Assembly: GCA_963761305.1 (NCBI GenBank)
Contig: CAVXGK010000002.1
Location: 1,376,001-1,440,000 of the forward strand
Direction: 5' to 3'
From: an uncultured Gemmatimonadaceae bacterium
Lineage (GTDB): Bacteria; Gemmatimonadota; Gemmatimonadetes; Gemmatimonadales; Gemmatimonadaceae
DNA length: 64,000 nucleotides
The notes beneath the pieces were generated by a model. That model saw nothing but the letters and a program-made list of their open reading frames with translations. It did not search any database and had not been told where the DNA came from. Shown piece after piece: positions 53,212-64,000 of the stretch. Both the position numbers and the translations under genes were made by a program. Each line of letters starts with the position of its first letter. Position 1 is the first letter of the stretch.

Positions 53212-53940
53212 ATGCGCGACGTACCATCCGCCGTCTCAACGACCGTTTTGTTTTCCGCCCTCTCAATGGCCGGGCCCGTCGCTCACGCCCAAGCGGCCAA
53301 CTCCGCCGCGCCTAACGTTCACGCCGTCGCGAACAAGGATTCGTCTCTTCGCATCCTGGTCTCGGTGGCGCGGAGAACGCTCTGGGTAGTCATTGGAGCC
53401 TCCGACACGTTGCTCACCGCGCCAGTCGCCGTGGGCTCGGACCGAGCGCTGTCCTACGGCGGTCACCGGTGGACGTTCCACACGCCGCGCGGCGTCCAGA
53501 CGGTTTTGTCAAAGGAGGAGAATCCGGTTTGGATTCCTCCCGATTGGCACTACGTCGAGGTGGCTCGGAGCGAAAAACTTGCGCTCGTGTGGCTGCGCGG
53601 TGACACCACGATCGCGCTTCCGGACGGCTCGTCGCTGGTCATGCGCGACTTGCGTGTTAGCGTCAGAACGGATTCGACGAACGAAGAGTTGGGCGGCGGC
53701 GAGGAAATCGTGCTCGGCAACACGCTCTTCGTTCCACCGATCGGGAGTCCCAATCGCCGCGTCCCGGGGGAACTCGGGAAATACCGCTTGCTGCTCGGCG
53801 AGGGGGTGGGAATTCATGGTACGCCGGACACTGGATCGATCGGTCACGCCGTGACGCACGGATGCATGCGCCTTCGCGACGCCGACCTTTCGTGGCTGTA
53901 CGAACACGTTCCCGTGGACACCCACGTGTACATCTTCTAG
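53212..53940 (+). CDS. L,D-transpeptidase (YkuD) family protein
   Basis: Signal peptide, VAVG, GIHGT…IGHAVTHGCMRL. Confidence 0.88.
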   Translation: MRDVPSAVSTTVLFSALSMAGPVAHAQAANSAAPNVHAVANKDSSLRILVSVARRTLWVVIGASDTLLTAPVAVGSDRALSYGGHRWTFHTPRGVQTVLSKEENPVWIPPDWHYVEVARSEKLALVWLRGDTTIALPDGSSLVMRDLRVSVRTDSTNEELGGGEEIVLGNTLFVPPIGSPNRRVPGELGKYRLLLGEGVGIHGTPDTGSIGHAVTHGCMRLRDADLSWLYEHVPVDTHVYIF

Positions 53941-54010
53941 GTATTCCGCCTGACCGCTCCATAGCCATGCGACTTCGCGCACGAAGTGACGACCACAGCG
54001 CTCCGGGCAA

Positions 54011-54727
54011 GTGACACAACCCGGCGATGCGTTGGTCGTGGAGCATCTGACCGTCACCCTCGATGAAGATCAGATCCTTCGCGACCTGACCTTCTCGATT
54101 CCCCTGGGGACGACCTTCGCCATCATCGGGCCTAACGGCGCGGGAAAGACCGTCCTGCTCCGCACGCTCGTCGGCGCGCTGTCTCACACTGGAGAGGTTC
54201 GGTGGGCGCCGGGCACGAGCATCGGGTACGTGCCGCAGAAGCTCGACCTCGAGCGCGATCTTCCGATCACCGGTCTGGATCTGCTGCGCGCAAAAGCGGA
54301 CATCCGTCGCGGACTGCCGGCGGACGTCGCCGCGGCTCTGCGACTCGTCGAGCTCCCCGAACATACGGCGACGAGAACCATCGGCCGCTTGTCCGGAGGC
54401 GAGTTCCAACGCGTGCTGCTCGCGTTCGCACTCATGGGTCGGCCGAATGTCCTGCTGTTCGACGAGCCGACGGCTGGACTCGACGAGCCGGGCGTGCGCG
54501 CCGTGTACGATCTGATTCGGCATTTGCAACGCGAGCGCACACTGACCGTCGTGCTCATCTCGCACGACTTGAGCGTCGTGAACGAGTACGCGGACCGGGT
54601 GTTGTGCCTGTCGCATTCGCACACCTTTCTCGGCCCGCCGGGGGAGGTTCTCACGCCCGAACGGCTCAGAGAAGCCTACGGCGGCGAGATTCGCTTTCAC
54701 GTTCACGACGGCCATGTCGACGCTTGA
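54011..54727 (+). CDS. Zn/Mn ABC transporter ATP-binding subunit (ZnuC-like)
   Basis: GPNGAGKT, GYVPQ, LSGGEFQRVLLA, DEPTAG, SHDL, His-rich tail. Confidence 0.88.
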   Translation: MTQPGDALVVEHLTVTLDEDQILRDLTFSIPLGTTFAIIGPNGAGKTVLLRTLVGALSHTGEVRWAPGTSIGYVPQKLDLERDLPITGLDLLRAKADIRRGLPADVAAALRLVELPEHTATRTIGRLSGGEFQRVLLAFALMGRPNVLLFDEPTAGLDEPGVRAVYDLIRHLQRERTLTVVLISHDLSVVNEYADRVLCLSHSHTFLGPPGEVLTPERLREAYGGEIRFHVHDGHVDA

Positions 54728-55505
54728 CCTCGTCGTCGGGATCGGAATGTCGGCCGCGGCGGGCCTCGTCGGGTCGATCGCGGTGATGCGACGGATGGCC
54801 TTGGCATCCGACGCGCTGTCTCATGTGGCGCTCCCCGGTGTAGCGCTCGCGCTGTTGCTCCACGCGAGCCCGCTGGCCGGGGGAGTGATCGCGCTCGTGA
54901 TCGGCGTGTTGATCGTGTGGGCGCTCGAGCAACGCACGCGCATCCCGACCGAAGCCGTGATCGGCGTGCTCTTTTCCGCCGCGCTCGCGGTCGGAAGCCT
55001 CATGGCGTCCGGGGAGAATCTGCTCGATGCGCTGCTCGGCTCTCACGGCGGCTCTCGAGGGCTGGATACGACGTTCGGTGTCGCGACGGCGGTGCTCGTC
55101 ATCGTCTTTCTCGTTCGGGCGCGCAGCCGACTCATTGTTCGCCTCGTCTCGCCGGATCTTGCGGTCACCCTTGGCGTCAACGTTGCCCGATTGGATCTGC
55201 TCTACCTCCTCGCGTTCGCCCTGACGGTGGCGCTCGGATTGCGCTATCTCGGCGTACTTCTGATGGGCTCACTCATCATCATTCCCGCGACCACCGGGAT
55301 GTACCTGGCGCGAGACCTGCGCGCCATGCAGACAATCGCCGTCTCGAGCGCCGTCTGCTCGACGCTCATCGGGGCGGCCGTCGCAGGTCGACTGAAACTG
55401 GCGACGGGGCCCGTGATCATCGTCGTCGCAGCGACAATCTTCGTTGTCGCTCTGCTGAGGCGTCGTCCCAGGCGTTCGCGAACGCCGGTGCAAGGAGTCG
55501 CATGA
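54714..55505 (+). CDS. Zn/Mn ABC transporter permease (ZnuB-like)
   Basis: RRMALASDALSHVALPGVA and GVLLMGSLIIIPA. Confidence 0.88.
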   Translation: MSTLDLVVGIGMSAAAGLVGSIAVMRRMALASDALSHVALPGVALALLLHASPLAGGVIALVIGVLIVWALEQRTRIPTEAVIGVLFSAALAVGSLMASGENLLDALLGSHGGSRGLDTTFGVATAVLVIVFLVRARSRLIVRLVSPDLAVTLGVNVARLDLLYLLAFALTVALGLRYLGVLLMGSLIIIPATTGMYLARDLRAMQTIAVSSAVCSTLIGAAVAGRLKLATGPVIIVVAATIFVVALLRRRPRRSRTPVQGVA

Positions 55506-56266
55506 GCCGCGTACAGGGGAAGGTGGTGTTGGTAACCGGCGCCGCGATGGGCATCGGTCGCGCATGCGCCGAATTGTTGGCCGCCGAAGGCGCCGCGGTC
55601 GTAGCCACCGATCGAGAGACCGCGCTCGGCGCCGCGGTGGTGGACGGGATCAAGAGCGCCGGCGGCAAGGCCGCGTTCGTCGCGCACGACGTCACTCGCG
55701 AGAGCGAATGGTCGCGCGCCATCGATGAAGCACGAAGCGCATTCGGCAAACTCGATGTTCTGGTCAACAACGCCGGCGTGGGCCGTGCCGGCGACGTCGA
55801 GCACGAAACGCTGCAGGCGTGGCACGACCTGCTGGCGATCAACCTCGACGGCGTATTTCTTGGAATCAGGCATGCCATTCCGCCGATGCGCGATGCCGGC
55901 GGGGGTTCGATCATCAATCTCTCATCGATCGAGGGCTTGATCGGCGATCCGTCGCTCGCCGCGTACAATGCGAGCAAGGGCGGCGTCCGCCTGCTGACGA
56001 AGTCGGCGGCGCTCTACTGCGCGAAGATGAAGATCCGCGTCAACTCGGTGCACCCGGGCTACATCTGGACACCGATGGTGCACGGGTTCGCCGAGGCGTC
56101 GGGCCGTCCGGACGAGTTGCGACGCTCGCTCGAACAGCTCCACCCGGTCGGCCATCTCGGCGAACCAATGGACATCGCGTATGGAGTGCTGTACCTCGCG
56201 TCCGATGAATCGAAATTCATGACCGGTGCCGAACTGGTGATCGACGGAGGCTATACGGCGCAGTGA
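55502..56266 (+). CDS. Short-chain dehydrogenase/reductase
   Basis: TGAAMGIG, NNAG, YNASK, VNSVHPG, GAELVIDGG. AAGGAG RBS. Confidence 0.93.
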   Translation: MSRVQGKVVLVTGAAMGIGRACAELLAAEGAAVVATDRETALGAAVVDGIKSAGGKAAFVAHDVTRESEWSRAIDEARSAFGKLDVLVNNAGVGRAGDVEHETLQAWHDLLAINLDGVFLGIRHAIPPMRDAGGGSIINLSSIEGLIGDPSLAAYNASKGGVRLLTKSAALYCAKMKIRVNSVHPGYIWTPMVHGFAEASGRPDELRRSLEQLHPVGHLGEPMDIAYGVLYLASDESKFMTGAELVIDGGYTAQ

Positions 56267-56458
56267 GCGTCGGGATCCGGACCATATAGCGTCAGCCGTC
56301 TTGCGGATTCGAGTCTTCCCTGGAATCGACTCCCGTCTCCTCTTCCGACACCAGCACGACGTGTCGACATTGCCGTCGGCCCTCTAGGGACTCGGCGGTG
56401 GGCGAGTAACGACGAGCCCTTGTTACGGTCGCCATCGCGGCGTAGCCCCTCCGAAGGA

Positions 56459-57700
56459 TCAATCGCGGAGAGCGGCGCCCGTAACGACGCGCCACGTGTC
56501 GCGCGCGATGAGAAGTTCCTCATCGGTAGGGATGACCCACAGCTCGACGCGAGAACCCGGTCCGTCGAAGCGCCCGTCAGCACCGACGATGGCGGCGTTT
56601 TTCGCGTCATCCATCGTGATCCCCAACCAATCGAGGCCGTGACAGATCTGGGCGCGCACCTCGGGCGAGTTCTCCCCGATGCCACCAGCGAAGACGATCG
56701 CGTCAACGCCATTCATCGCGGCGAGGTAGGCGCCGAGGTATTTCTTGACACGATACGAGAACAACTCGACGGCGAGCTGCGCGCGGCGGTCGGAATGTTC
56801 GCGGGCCTCCGCCAGGAGCTCACGCATGTCGGCCGTCAGTCCGGAAATGCCCAACAGGCCCGACTGCTTGTTCAGCATGGTGTCGAGTGCACGAAGGCTC
56901 ATGCCTTCCTTGACTGAAATGAACTCGAGAATGGCCGGGTCGAGGTCGCCCGACCGCGTGCCCATGACGAGGCCCTCGAGAGGCGTGAAACCCATCGACG
57001 TATCGACTGAGTCGCCGTTCAGGATCGCGCATGCCGATGCACCGTTTCCAAGGTGCAAGGTGACGATGCGCGTTGTCTCGCGCGGCCGTCCGGTCAGTTG
57101 CCGGTACCGATACGAGATGTACCGATGTGAGGTCCCGTGAAAACCGTAGCGGCGCACGCCGTATCGGCGGTAGAACTGGTACGGGATCGCGTACAAGTAC
57201 GCAGTCGCCGGCAGACTGTGGTGAAACGCGGTGTCGAACACCGCGACCTGCGGAACGCCGGGCCCGAGGGAGGCACGCGCGGCTGCGATGCCGCGCAGAT
57301 TGTGTGGATTGTGAAGGGGCGCCAATTCGATGAGATTCTCGAGGTCGCGCGTCACCGTGTCGTCGATGCGGGTGGAATGCGCGAATTGCTCGCCGCCGTG
57401 AACGACCCGGTGTCCGACTGCCTCGATGTCGCTGACTTTGGTGATCGGCACACCCGACTCGTCACTCGTCAACCAGCCGATGATATGCTCGACGGCCGCG
57501 CTGAGATCTGAGATCGACGCCGTGCTCTTGATCGGCCGGCGTCCGGCGGCTTCGAGCGTAAGGATCGCCTCGCCGCCGATGCGGTCGAGTTGACCGCGCG
57601 CCATCCGCCTGTCCGCCGACTCCGCGATGGCCGACTCGTCCGTGTCGACGAGTTGGAATTTGAGCGAGGAAGACCCAACGTTCAGCACGAGAATTATCAC
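56459..57700 (-). CDS. ackA: Acetate kinase
   Basis: [60 protein letters not shown]. Confidence 0.95.
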   Translation of the reverse strand: MIILVLNVGSSSLKFQLVDTDESAIAESADRRMARGQLDRIGGEAILTLEAAGRRPIKSTASISDLSAAVEHIIGWLTSDESGVPITKVSDIEAVGHRVVHGGEQFAHSTRIDDTVTRDLENLIELAPLHNPHNLRGIAAARASLGPGVPQVAVFDTAFHHSLPATAYLYAIPYQFYRRYGVRRYGFHGTSHRYISYRYRQLTGRPRETTRIVTLHLGNGASACAILNGDSVDTSMGFTPLEGLVMGTRSGDLDPAILEFISVKEGMSLRALDTMLNKQSGLLGISGLTADMRELLAEAREHSDRRAQLAVELFSYRVKKYLGAYLAAMNGVDAIVFAGGIGENSPEVRAQICHGLDWLGITMDDAKNAAIVGADGRFDGPGSRVELWVIPTDEELLIARDTWRVVTGAALRD

Positions 57701-57755
57701 GGAGTACCTCGCGGTCCTACAATAGGCCGGCGCCCTCATCCCGGAGTGACGAGAC

Positions 57756-60242
57756 GTGAACAGCGCGCCGTTCAGCTTTGATCCGACGGTATCGAGCGCG
57801 GTGCCGGCGGCCAGCGCCACACCTGATGGACCGCTCCGGCGCGAATCATCCTCATCGGGGTGGAACGCCGCTTCAGTCGATGGCCCGCTGGCGCCGGACC
57901 TTCTGCGGCGGATGCATCGATATTGGATGGCGGCAAACTATCTGACGGTGGGGCAAATCTTCCTCCAAGACAATCCCCTGCTCCGCGAGCCGCTTCGGCC
58001 GTCACATATCAAGCCGCGTCTGCTCGGACATTGGGGGACCTCGCCAGGGCTCAGCCTCCTGTACGTTCACCTGAACCGCCTGGTCGTCGAACGCGAGGCC
58101 GACATCATCTTTCTCGCGGGACCCGGACACGGCGGCCCCGCGATCGTCGCCAATGTCTACCTCGAGGGCACGTACACGGAGGTGTATCCGGACATCTCGC
58201 GCGACACGGCCGGATTGTGCCGCTTGTTCAGACAGTTCTCGACGCCGGGAGGCATTCCGAGTCACGTTGGCGCGGCCACGCCGGGCTCGATTCATGAAGG
58301 TGGCGAACTCGGATACGTGCTGGCGCACGCGTTCGGCGCGGCATTCGACAATCCGAATCTGATCGTCGTAGCGGTGGTTGGCGACGGCGAGGCCGAGACA
58401 GCACCGCTGGAGGGGGCGTGGAAGAGCACCAGCTTCCTCAATCCGGCGCGCGACGGCGCAGTGCTGCCGGTGCTGCATCTGAACGGATACAAGATCAGCG
58501 GCCCCACCGTCCTCTCGAGGACCGGCAGCGACAACGTAAATCGATTGCTCGAGGGACACGGCTACTCGGTGCATGAAGTCGCCGGCGATGATCCCATGGC
58601 GGTCCATCAGCAGATGGCCGCCGCGCTCGATGAATGTCTGACTCGAATTCGGTCAATTCAATCGGACGCCCGCGCGGTCGGCGCGGCGAACGTTTCGGCT
58701 GCGCGATGGCCAGCCATCGTGCTGCGAACGCCGAAGGGTTGGACCGGACCGAAGGTCGTAAGAGGGCAACCGATCGAAGGGACGTTTCGCGCCCACCAGG
58801 TACCGCTGCCCGAGGCGCGAAGCAGTGCCGACGAACTGGCGGTGCTCGAGGAGTGGATGCGGAGTTACCAGCCGGAGACACTGTTCGACCAGTCGGGGCG
58901 TGTCGTCGCCGACATCGCAGACCTGGCGCCGCGCGCGAGCCGACGCATGGGCGCGAACCCACACGCCAACGGCGGCCAATGCTTGCAGCCCCTCGTTGTA
59001 CCCAACTTTCGCGACTATGCGGTCGATGTCGCCAGGCCGGCCACCGTGTTCCGAGAATCGACGCGACAATTCGGCGCGCTGGTCCGGGATGTGTTCACGA
59101 AGAATGCATCCACCAAGAACTTTCGTTTCTTCTGCCCCGACGAGACGAACTCGAATCGATTCTCGAGCGTGTTCGACGTCGAGAACCGCTGCCTCGTCGG
59201 CCGTCACGTCGCCATCGACGACCACATCAGCTCTGACGGCCGAGTGATGGAGGTGCTCAGTGAGCATCTCTGCGAAGGCTGGCTCGAGGGATATCTGCTT
59301 AGCGGACGGCACGGTCTCTTCGTGACGTACGAGTCGTTCGCCATGGTGTCCGCGTCCATGACCGTGCAGCATACGAAATGGCTCGAGGAGGCGATCTCGC
59401 TGGCGTGGCGCGCGCCCGTGGCGTCGCTCAACGTCGTCCTCACGTCGACGTGCTGGCGGAACGACCACAACGGATTCAGCCACCAAGGTCCCGGGCTGAT
59501 CGACGTGATGCTGTCGAAGCGCGGCACCGTGACGCGCATCTACTTGCCGCCGGACGCGAACTCGTTGCTCTCGGTCGCCGACCATTGCCTCCGATCAAAG
59601 AACTATGTCAACCTCATCGTGATCGACAAACAGCCGCAGCTCCAATGGCTTTCGATCGACGCCGCTTGCGAGCACACGGCGCGCGGCGCGTCGGTGTGGG
59701 ATTGGGCGAGCAACAGCGGCGACGTCGAACCGGACGTAGTTCTCGCTTGCGCCGGCGACACGCCGACGTTGGAAACGGTGGCCGCGGCATGGTGGCTACG
59801 CCGGCTCGCGCCGGAAATTCGCGTCCGGGTCGTCAATGTGGTCGACTTGATGGCTCTTTTTGCGCCGTCGATCCACCCGCATGGGATGTCCGACGAGCGA
59901 TTCACTGAACTCTTCACGCACCATCGACCGGTGGTCTTTGCGTTCCATGGCTACCAGTTCGCAGTACACCAACTCGTGCACCGGCGCCCTCATCCCGCAC
60001 GGTTCCACGTCCGTGGATTCCAGGAGCAAGGAACGACGACGACTCCGTTCGACATGGTCGTCCTGAACGGGATGAGTCGCTACCACCTTGCGATGCTGGC
60101 GATTCGATTCTCCGGCCTGGCGCCGACCCGAGCAAGCGCGTTGACGGACCAGCTGCGTCACAAGATCGACGACGCCGTGCGATACGCCCGCGAACACTTC
60201 GAGGATCCGGCCGAACTCCGCGATTGGACGTGGGAGGAGTGA
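57756..60242 (+). CDS. xfp: Xylulose-5-phosphate/fructose-6-phosphate phosphoketolase
   Basis: [56 protein letters not shown]. Confidence 0.95.
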   Translation: MNSAPFSFDPTVSSAVPAASATPDGPLRRESSSSGWNAASVDGPLAPDLLRRMHRYWMAANYLTVGQIFLQDNPLLREPLRPSHIKPRLLGHWGTSPGLSLLYVHLNRLVVEREADIIFLAGPGHGGPAIVANVYLEGTYTEVYPDISRDTAGLCRLFRQFSTPGGIPSHVGAATPGSIHEGGELGYVLAHAFGAAFDNPNLIVVAVVGDGEAETAPLEGAWKSTSFLNPARDGAVLPVLHLNGYKISGPTVLSRTGSDNVNRLLEGHGYSVHEVAGDDPMAVHQQMAAALDECLTRIRSIQSDARAVGAANVSAARWPAIVLRTPKGWTGPKVVRGQPIEGTFRAHQVPLPEARSSADELAVLEEWMRSYQPETLFDQSGRVVADIADLAPRASRRMGANPHANGGQCLQPLVVPNFRDYAVDVARPATVFRESTRQFGALVRDVFTKNASTKNFRFFCPDETNSNRFSSVFDVENRCLVGRHVAIDDHISSDGRVMEVLSEHLCEGWLEGYLLSGRHGLFVTYESFAMVSASMTVQHTKWLEEAISLAWRAPVASLNVVLTSTCWRNDHNGFSHQGPGLIDVMLSKRGTVTRIYLPPDANSLLSVADHCLRSKNYVNLIVIDKQPQLQWLSIDAACEHTARGASVWDWASNSGDVEPDVVLACAGDTPTLETVAAAWWLRRLAPEIRVRVVNVVDLMALFAPSIHPHGMSDERFTELFTHHRPVVFAFHGYQFAVHQLVHRRPHPARFHVRGFQEQGTTTTPFDMVVLNGMSRYHLAMLAIRFSGLAPTRASALTDQLRHKIDDAVRYAREHFEDPAELRDWTWEE

Positions 60243-60310
60243 AGCTCCTCGATCTCTCGGACTGTTGCCCGAACCGCACGTTGGAGTGGAGGTTTGCCAA
60301 AGGTCATCGG

Positions 60311-61964
60311 TCAGGTCCGTGCATCGAGCTCGTACGCTCGGGCGAACGCGTCGTCGATGTCCACCGTGACATTGGCGGCGCCTATCTCGTCTATCGCGCC
60401 CGCCGCGTCGAGCGCGGCGCGAGGTTGCGACTGCACGTCCGCAAGGATGACCTCCGCCCCGGCGCGCCGGCTCCGCCGCACTACGTCTCGCAAGGCGTGC
60501 ATTCCCGTCGAGTCGAGCACGTGGACTTCCCGCATCCGGATAACGAGCACCCGCGGATGCTCGCCGAGGTCGTCCAGCGTCTGTCGAAACGTCTCGACAG
60601 CTCCGAAGAAGAACGGGCCCGTGATTTCGAAGACACTCACGCCCGCGGGAATCGATCTTCGCCACGCGTCGGACGGGTCGATCGACAGATCATCGTCGAT
60701 GCCGCCGGACACGATGCTCACGTTGGTCACGCTGGCCATGCGCCGGATGAACAAGAACGCGGCGAGAACCATCCCGACGGCGATCGCCACGGTGAGGTCG
60801 ACGAGAACCGTGAGGCTGAACGTCGTAAGCAGCACGGCGACGTCGCTCTTCGGCATTCTCAACTCGGCCCGAAACGTCCGCCACTCGCTCATGTGATACG
60901 CGACGACGACGAGAATCGCCGCGAGTACGGCGAGCGGAATCTTCGCCGCATACGAGCCGAAGAAGAGCGTGATCAAGAGCAGAGTCAGCGCGTGCACCAT
61001 ACCGGCGACCGGTGTGCGACCGCCGTTCTTGACGTTCGTCGCTGTGCGAGCGATTGCGCCTGTCGCTGGCATTCCCCCGAACAGCGGTGCTGCAATGTTC
61101 GCGACGCCCTGGGCCATGAGCTCCATGTTCGAGCGGTGCCTGCCGCCGATCATTCCGTCTGACACGACGGCAGACAACAGCGACTCGATCGCCGCAAGCA
61201 TCGCGATCGTGAATGCGGGACCGACGAGGCCCGTAACCTCGGCGAGGGCCAAATGCGGGAGCTGCGGGTGCGGTACCGACGTCACGAGCGGTCCGAAGTT
61301 GGCTACCGATCGTTTCGACGGGAAGGCGCGCTGCATGCGCGACGACGCTCCCGACCACCAGGGCGACGAACGGCGCAGGGATTCGCTGACTGACCCGAGG
61401 CCAGGCGATGAGAATGGCGAGCGAGAGGCCCGCAAGGCCGACGGCTGCGGTGTTCGCGTTCGAGGCATTCGCGGCGAACGCGCCCCACTTCGACACGAAG
61501 TCCGCAGGCACCGAGCCCATTCGCAGACCGAGGAGATCCTTCACCTGGCTCGAGAAGATGATCACCGCGATACCGCTCGTGAATCCGGTGATGACCGGAT
61601 GAGGAATGAACTTGATCGCGCTGCCGAGCTTCGCGAATCCCATGATCACGAGCAGCACGCCGGCCATGAGGGTCGCGACCGTCAATCCGTCGACGCCGTG
61701 CTTCTGCACGATGCCGTAGACGATGACCACGAACGCGCCCGTTGGGCCGCCGATTTGAACACGTGAGCCGCCAAGCGCGGAAATGAGGAATCCGGCGACA
61801 ATCGCTGTCCACAACCCGCGGCCCGGCGTCACGCCGCTCGCGATGGCGAATGCGATGGCTAGCGGAATCGCGACGATTCCGACAATGACGCCGGCGGCGA
61901 GGTCGCGACCGAACTGCTGGCGGGTGTAGCCGGAGAGTGTGGAGTACAGCTTCGGAACGAGCAT
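60311..61964 (-). pseudogene. SulP anion transporter with STAS domain, split by a +1 frameshift near 61300
   Basis: The N-half (AGVIVGIVAIPLAIAF…GGPTGA) and C-half (AIESLLSA…NMELMAQG…STAS GPFFFG, DSTG) are in different frames. The junction reads ggt agc caa c ttc gga ccg. Confidence 0.85.
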
Positions 61965-62018
61965 CGAGTTGATCTCTGCTGCGGTGCTCAGCGACGTAGC
62001 GTCGAGTGGTTGCGCGTT

Positions 62019-62047
62019 GCCCCCGCTCGGCTAGGCCGAGCGGGGGC
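62019..62047 (-). terminator. Hairpin downstream of the outer-membrane protein gene
   Basis: GCCCCCGCTCGGC-TAG-GCCGAGCGGGGGC, a 13-bp stem. Confidence 0.55.
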
Positions 62048-62103
62048 GGTGGGCGTGGGGCGAGCGGTGTCAATCAATCCGCAGCCGGTCACGCCTGGGC
62101 GTT

Positions 62104-63498
62104 TCAGAAGCCCACGGTCCCGGTGATCATGAAGCCTTTGAACTGACCGCCGTACCGGATGTCCGTCGTCGGGAAGTCCAGGTACTTCTGGTTCACCCAC
62201 TCCAGCTTCCCGAGCACGTTCGGCGTCACGAACCACCCGCCGCCGATCTCGTAGCGGTCGACCTTCTGATCCGTGTAGGTGTTCGAGATCATCTCGCCGG
62301 TCAGCGTGTTGTACCGGCCGCCGAGATAGAAGCGATCGCCCGCCAACCGATAGAGCGCCTCGTACACGTTCTGGTGCACCGTGCGCATCCGTAGCTCGGT
62401 GAACGCTCCACCAGTGGCCGTCTCGAAGTTTCCGAAGAACTCGGCGCCGCCGATCTTGAGGAACGGATTCAGGACTTCGGCGTTGACCTTGTTCGAGAAG
62501 CCCGGGTGCACTTCGCCCGACCACGCGTTGGCCGTTTCCGTCGAGGCCGTGTTCTCGAGCACGTCGTAGAACGGCGAGCCGCCGCGGTCACCCGTGTACA
62601 GCGTGTTGCTCGCCGACTTGTTGTTCGCGTAGAACGAGCCGGTCAGGCGGAACCGAAGCTCATCGCCCAGCCTCTCGTCGAAGCCGAGCTTGCCGATGGT
62701 GCTCAGCGAGCGGGACTGCGGCGCGGTCACCTGGCCGTGCACCTCGCCGCCCGTCGCGCCGAGCATCGCGATCAGCCCTTCGGAGCGCGCATAGACCTCG
62801 GCGCCGATCTCGGTCGTGAACGCATCGAGGATGTAATTGCCGACGAACGGATTGAACATCGCGTTGCCGTTGTCGCTGCGGCGGAAGTGCGCGTCGCCGT
62901 AGTTGATCTCGTAGTCCCCGACTCGCATCGTGACGTATTTCATCACGCTCTTGAGGAGCGCGTTGTCGATCGGTGACTCGTCCATCAGGATGTAGCCGTC
63001 CTTGACCCACGACTCCTGGTGGTGCCGCGCCGAGAGATAGGACGTCATTGCCACGCGGATGCCCGGGGCGAGCTGGGCGTTCAGGTTGAGGTTGGCGACC
63101 GCGTTGTTGAAGCCGTGGCCGATCGTGATCAACTGATTCGAGTTTACGCCGTTGACGAGGACAGGTGCGGCGCCGTTCGCGTGCGCGAGGCCTTGGAACT
63201 CCTGCGTGAACGCGCCGCCGATCGAGAGGGCGAAGCCCGTGAACGGGACCTCGTCGTCCTTCGGCGACTCGAACACGTTCAGGCCGCGCATGTCCGCGGG
63301 ACGAATGTGGTTGATCTCCTTCAGTCGAAAGAGACTGACCGACTGCGGCGTGGTTTTCTTCGCCGTGTCCGTCGCCGATTTTTCGCTGCTCGTGGTCGAA
63401 TCCTTGCTACTGCCATTTGCCGGTTGCTGCGCGGCACCGCTTCCAGCGATCGCTGCGATCAGGATCGCCGCGAGACCGAGCGTCGTGTTGGTTTTCAT
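62104..63498 (-). CDS. Secreted probable outer-membrane beta-barrel protein
   Basis: AAGGA RBS, signal peptide, alternating aromatic/Gly strands, C-terminal Phe. Confidence 0.7.
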   Translation of the reverse strand: MKTNTTLGLAAILIAAIAGSGAAQQPANGSSKDSTTSSEKSATDTAKKTTPQSVSLFRLKEINHIRPADMRGLNVFESPKDDEVPFTGFALSIGGAFTQEFQGLAHANGAAPVLVNGVNSNQLITIGHGFNNAVANLNLNAQLAPGIRVAMTSYLSARHHQESWVKDGYILMDESPIDNALLKSVMKYVTMRVGDYEINYGDAHFRRSDNGNAMFNPFVGNYILDAFTTEIGAEVYARSEGLIAMLGATGGEVHGQVTAPQSRSLSTIGKLGFDERLGDELRFRLTGSFYANNKSASNTLYTGDRGGSPFYDVLENTASTETANAWSGEVHPGFSNKVNAEVLNPFLKIGGAEFFGNFETATGGAFTELRMRTVHQNVYEALYRLAGDRFYLGGRYNTLTGEMISNTYTDQKVDRYEIGGGWFVTPNVLGKLEWVNQKYLDFPTTDIRYGGQFKGFMITGTVGF

Positions 63499-63767
63499 TG
63501 TCCTTTCTCCGGTCGGGGTGGAGCGTCGAGGTGTCGTGTTTCAGGAGCGCAGGTTCTGCTCGAACCTGGCCCGAAGCTACGGATCCCCCTCATTGCTATC
63601 CGTCCGGGAACACGGCCGAACGCGTGGTGGGTTGCTTGGTTTTTTTGTGGGGGAATCCCGGACGGGGAAAAGGCGCTTCTTGCTGCCGGAGATTGCGGCC
63701 AAACTGAGGCACGTGGCGACGCGGTAGTCGGCCAGGATCGCCCCAACAGGATCGCCGATCGTTCTGT

Positions 63768-64000
63768 CTACAGTGACGAACTTTGAGAATGCGCGTCCAG
63801 CGGCACGGTCGCCGAGATGGTCGTGCCGTTCCCTTTCGCCGTGCGTACGTCGAGTCGGCCTTCGAGCAGATCCACTCGCTCGCGCATCGACGTCAGACCT
63901 ATGCCGGGCCGACGTGCCTCGGCCTCGTCGAGATCGAATCCGATGCCGTCGTCGTGAACGCTGAGAGTCGCCTCGTCAGCGGTTCGACGCACCGAGACCC
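63768..64000 (-). CDS. NarX/NreB-type sensor histidine kinase, C-terminal HATPase part (continues beyond the window)
   Basis: HDDGIGFD…GIGLTSMRERV…G.GTTISATVP. Confidence 0.85.
   Translation of the reverse strand, partial: VSVRRTADEATLSVHDDGIGFDLDEAEARRPGIGLTSMRERVDLLEGRLDVRTAKGNGTTISATVPLDAHSQSSSL

Noticed and set aside
54917..55501. Long N-terminal extension of the SDR
   Set aside because: It overlaps the permease in another frame. The RBS and Rossmann motif support ATG 55502.

Overview
High-GC bacterial chromosomal window; the gene content suggests Gemmatimonadota, which is an inference. No rRNA, tRNA, CRISPR array or intact transposase was found. The left half (1-33.6 kb) is accessory. 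It holds the 3' part of a GH94/NdvB-type glucan gene and a DUF5674-like gene pair. It also holds a module made of a shortened ECF-type sigma gene, two back-to-back copies of a ~52-bp element, a 21-nt-periodic repeat array, a helical hypothetical gene and a hairpin. Next come a GlxA/AraC regulator-hydrolase cassette bracketed by two inverted Xre/MbcA/ParS antitoxin-domain remnants, and an OmpR-type two-component system with two Tat-Rieske genes. A translationally coupled minus-strand operon encodes a membrane cPLA2/patatin-like phospholipase, a Ser/Thr kinase-ATPase-TPR protein and a catalase-related/di-heme cytochrome c fusion. A second 21-bp array precedes an SNF2 helicase. The right half (33.8-64 kb) is a hypoxia/dormancy-type island: three USPs, Hsp20, two BON proteins, a P1B ATPase, a sigma-70 paralog, a nucleoside phosphorylase and PRPP synthase pair, cardiolipin synthase, ackA, xfp, SulP, a NarL/NreC-like regulator and a sensor kinase. 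Many of its promoters share a 17-bp palindrome, and it is partly eroded (nirK, nosD, rrf2 and mgtC-ppsA relics, frameshifted sulP). All family assignments come from motif recognition by eye, and DUF numbers are from memory.
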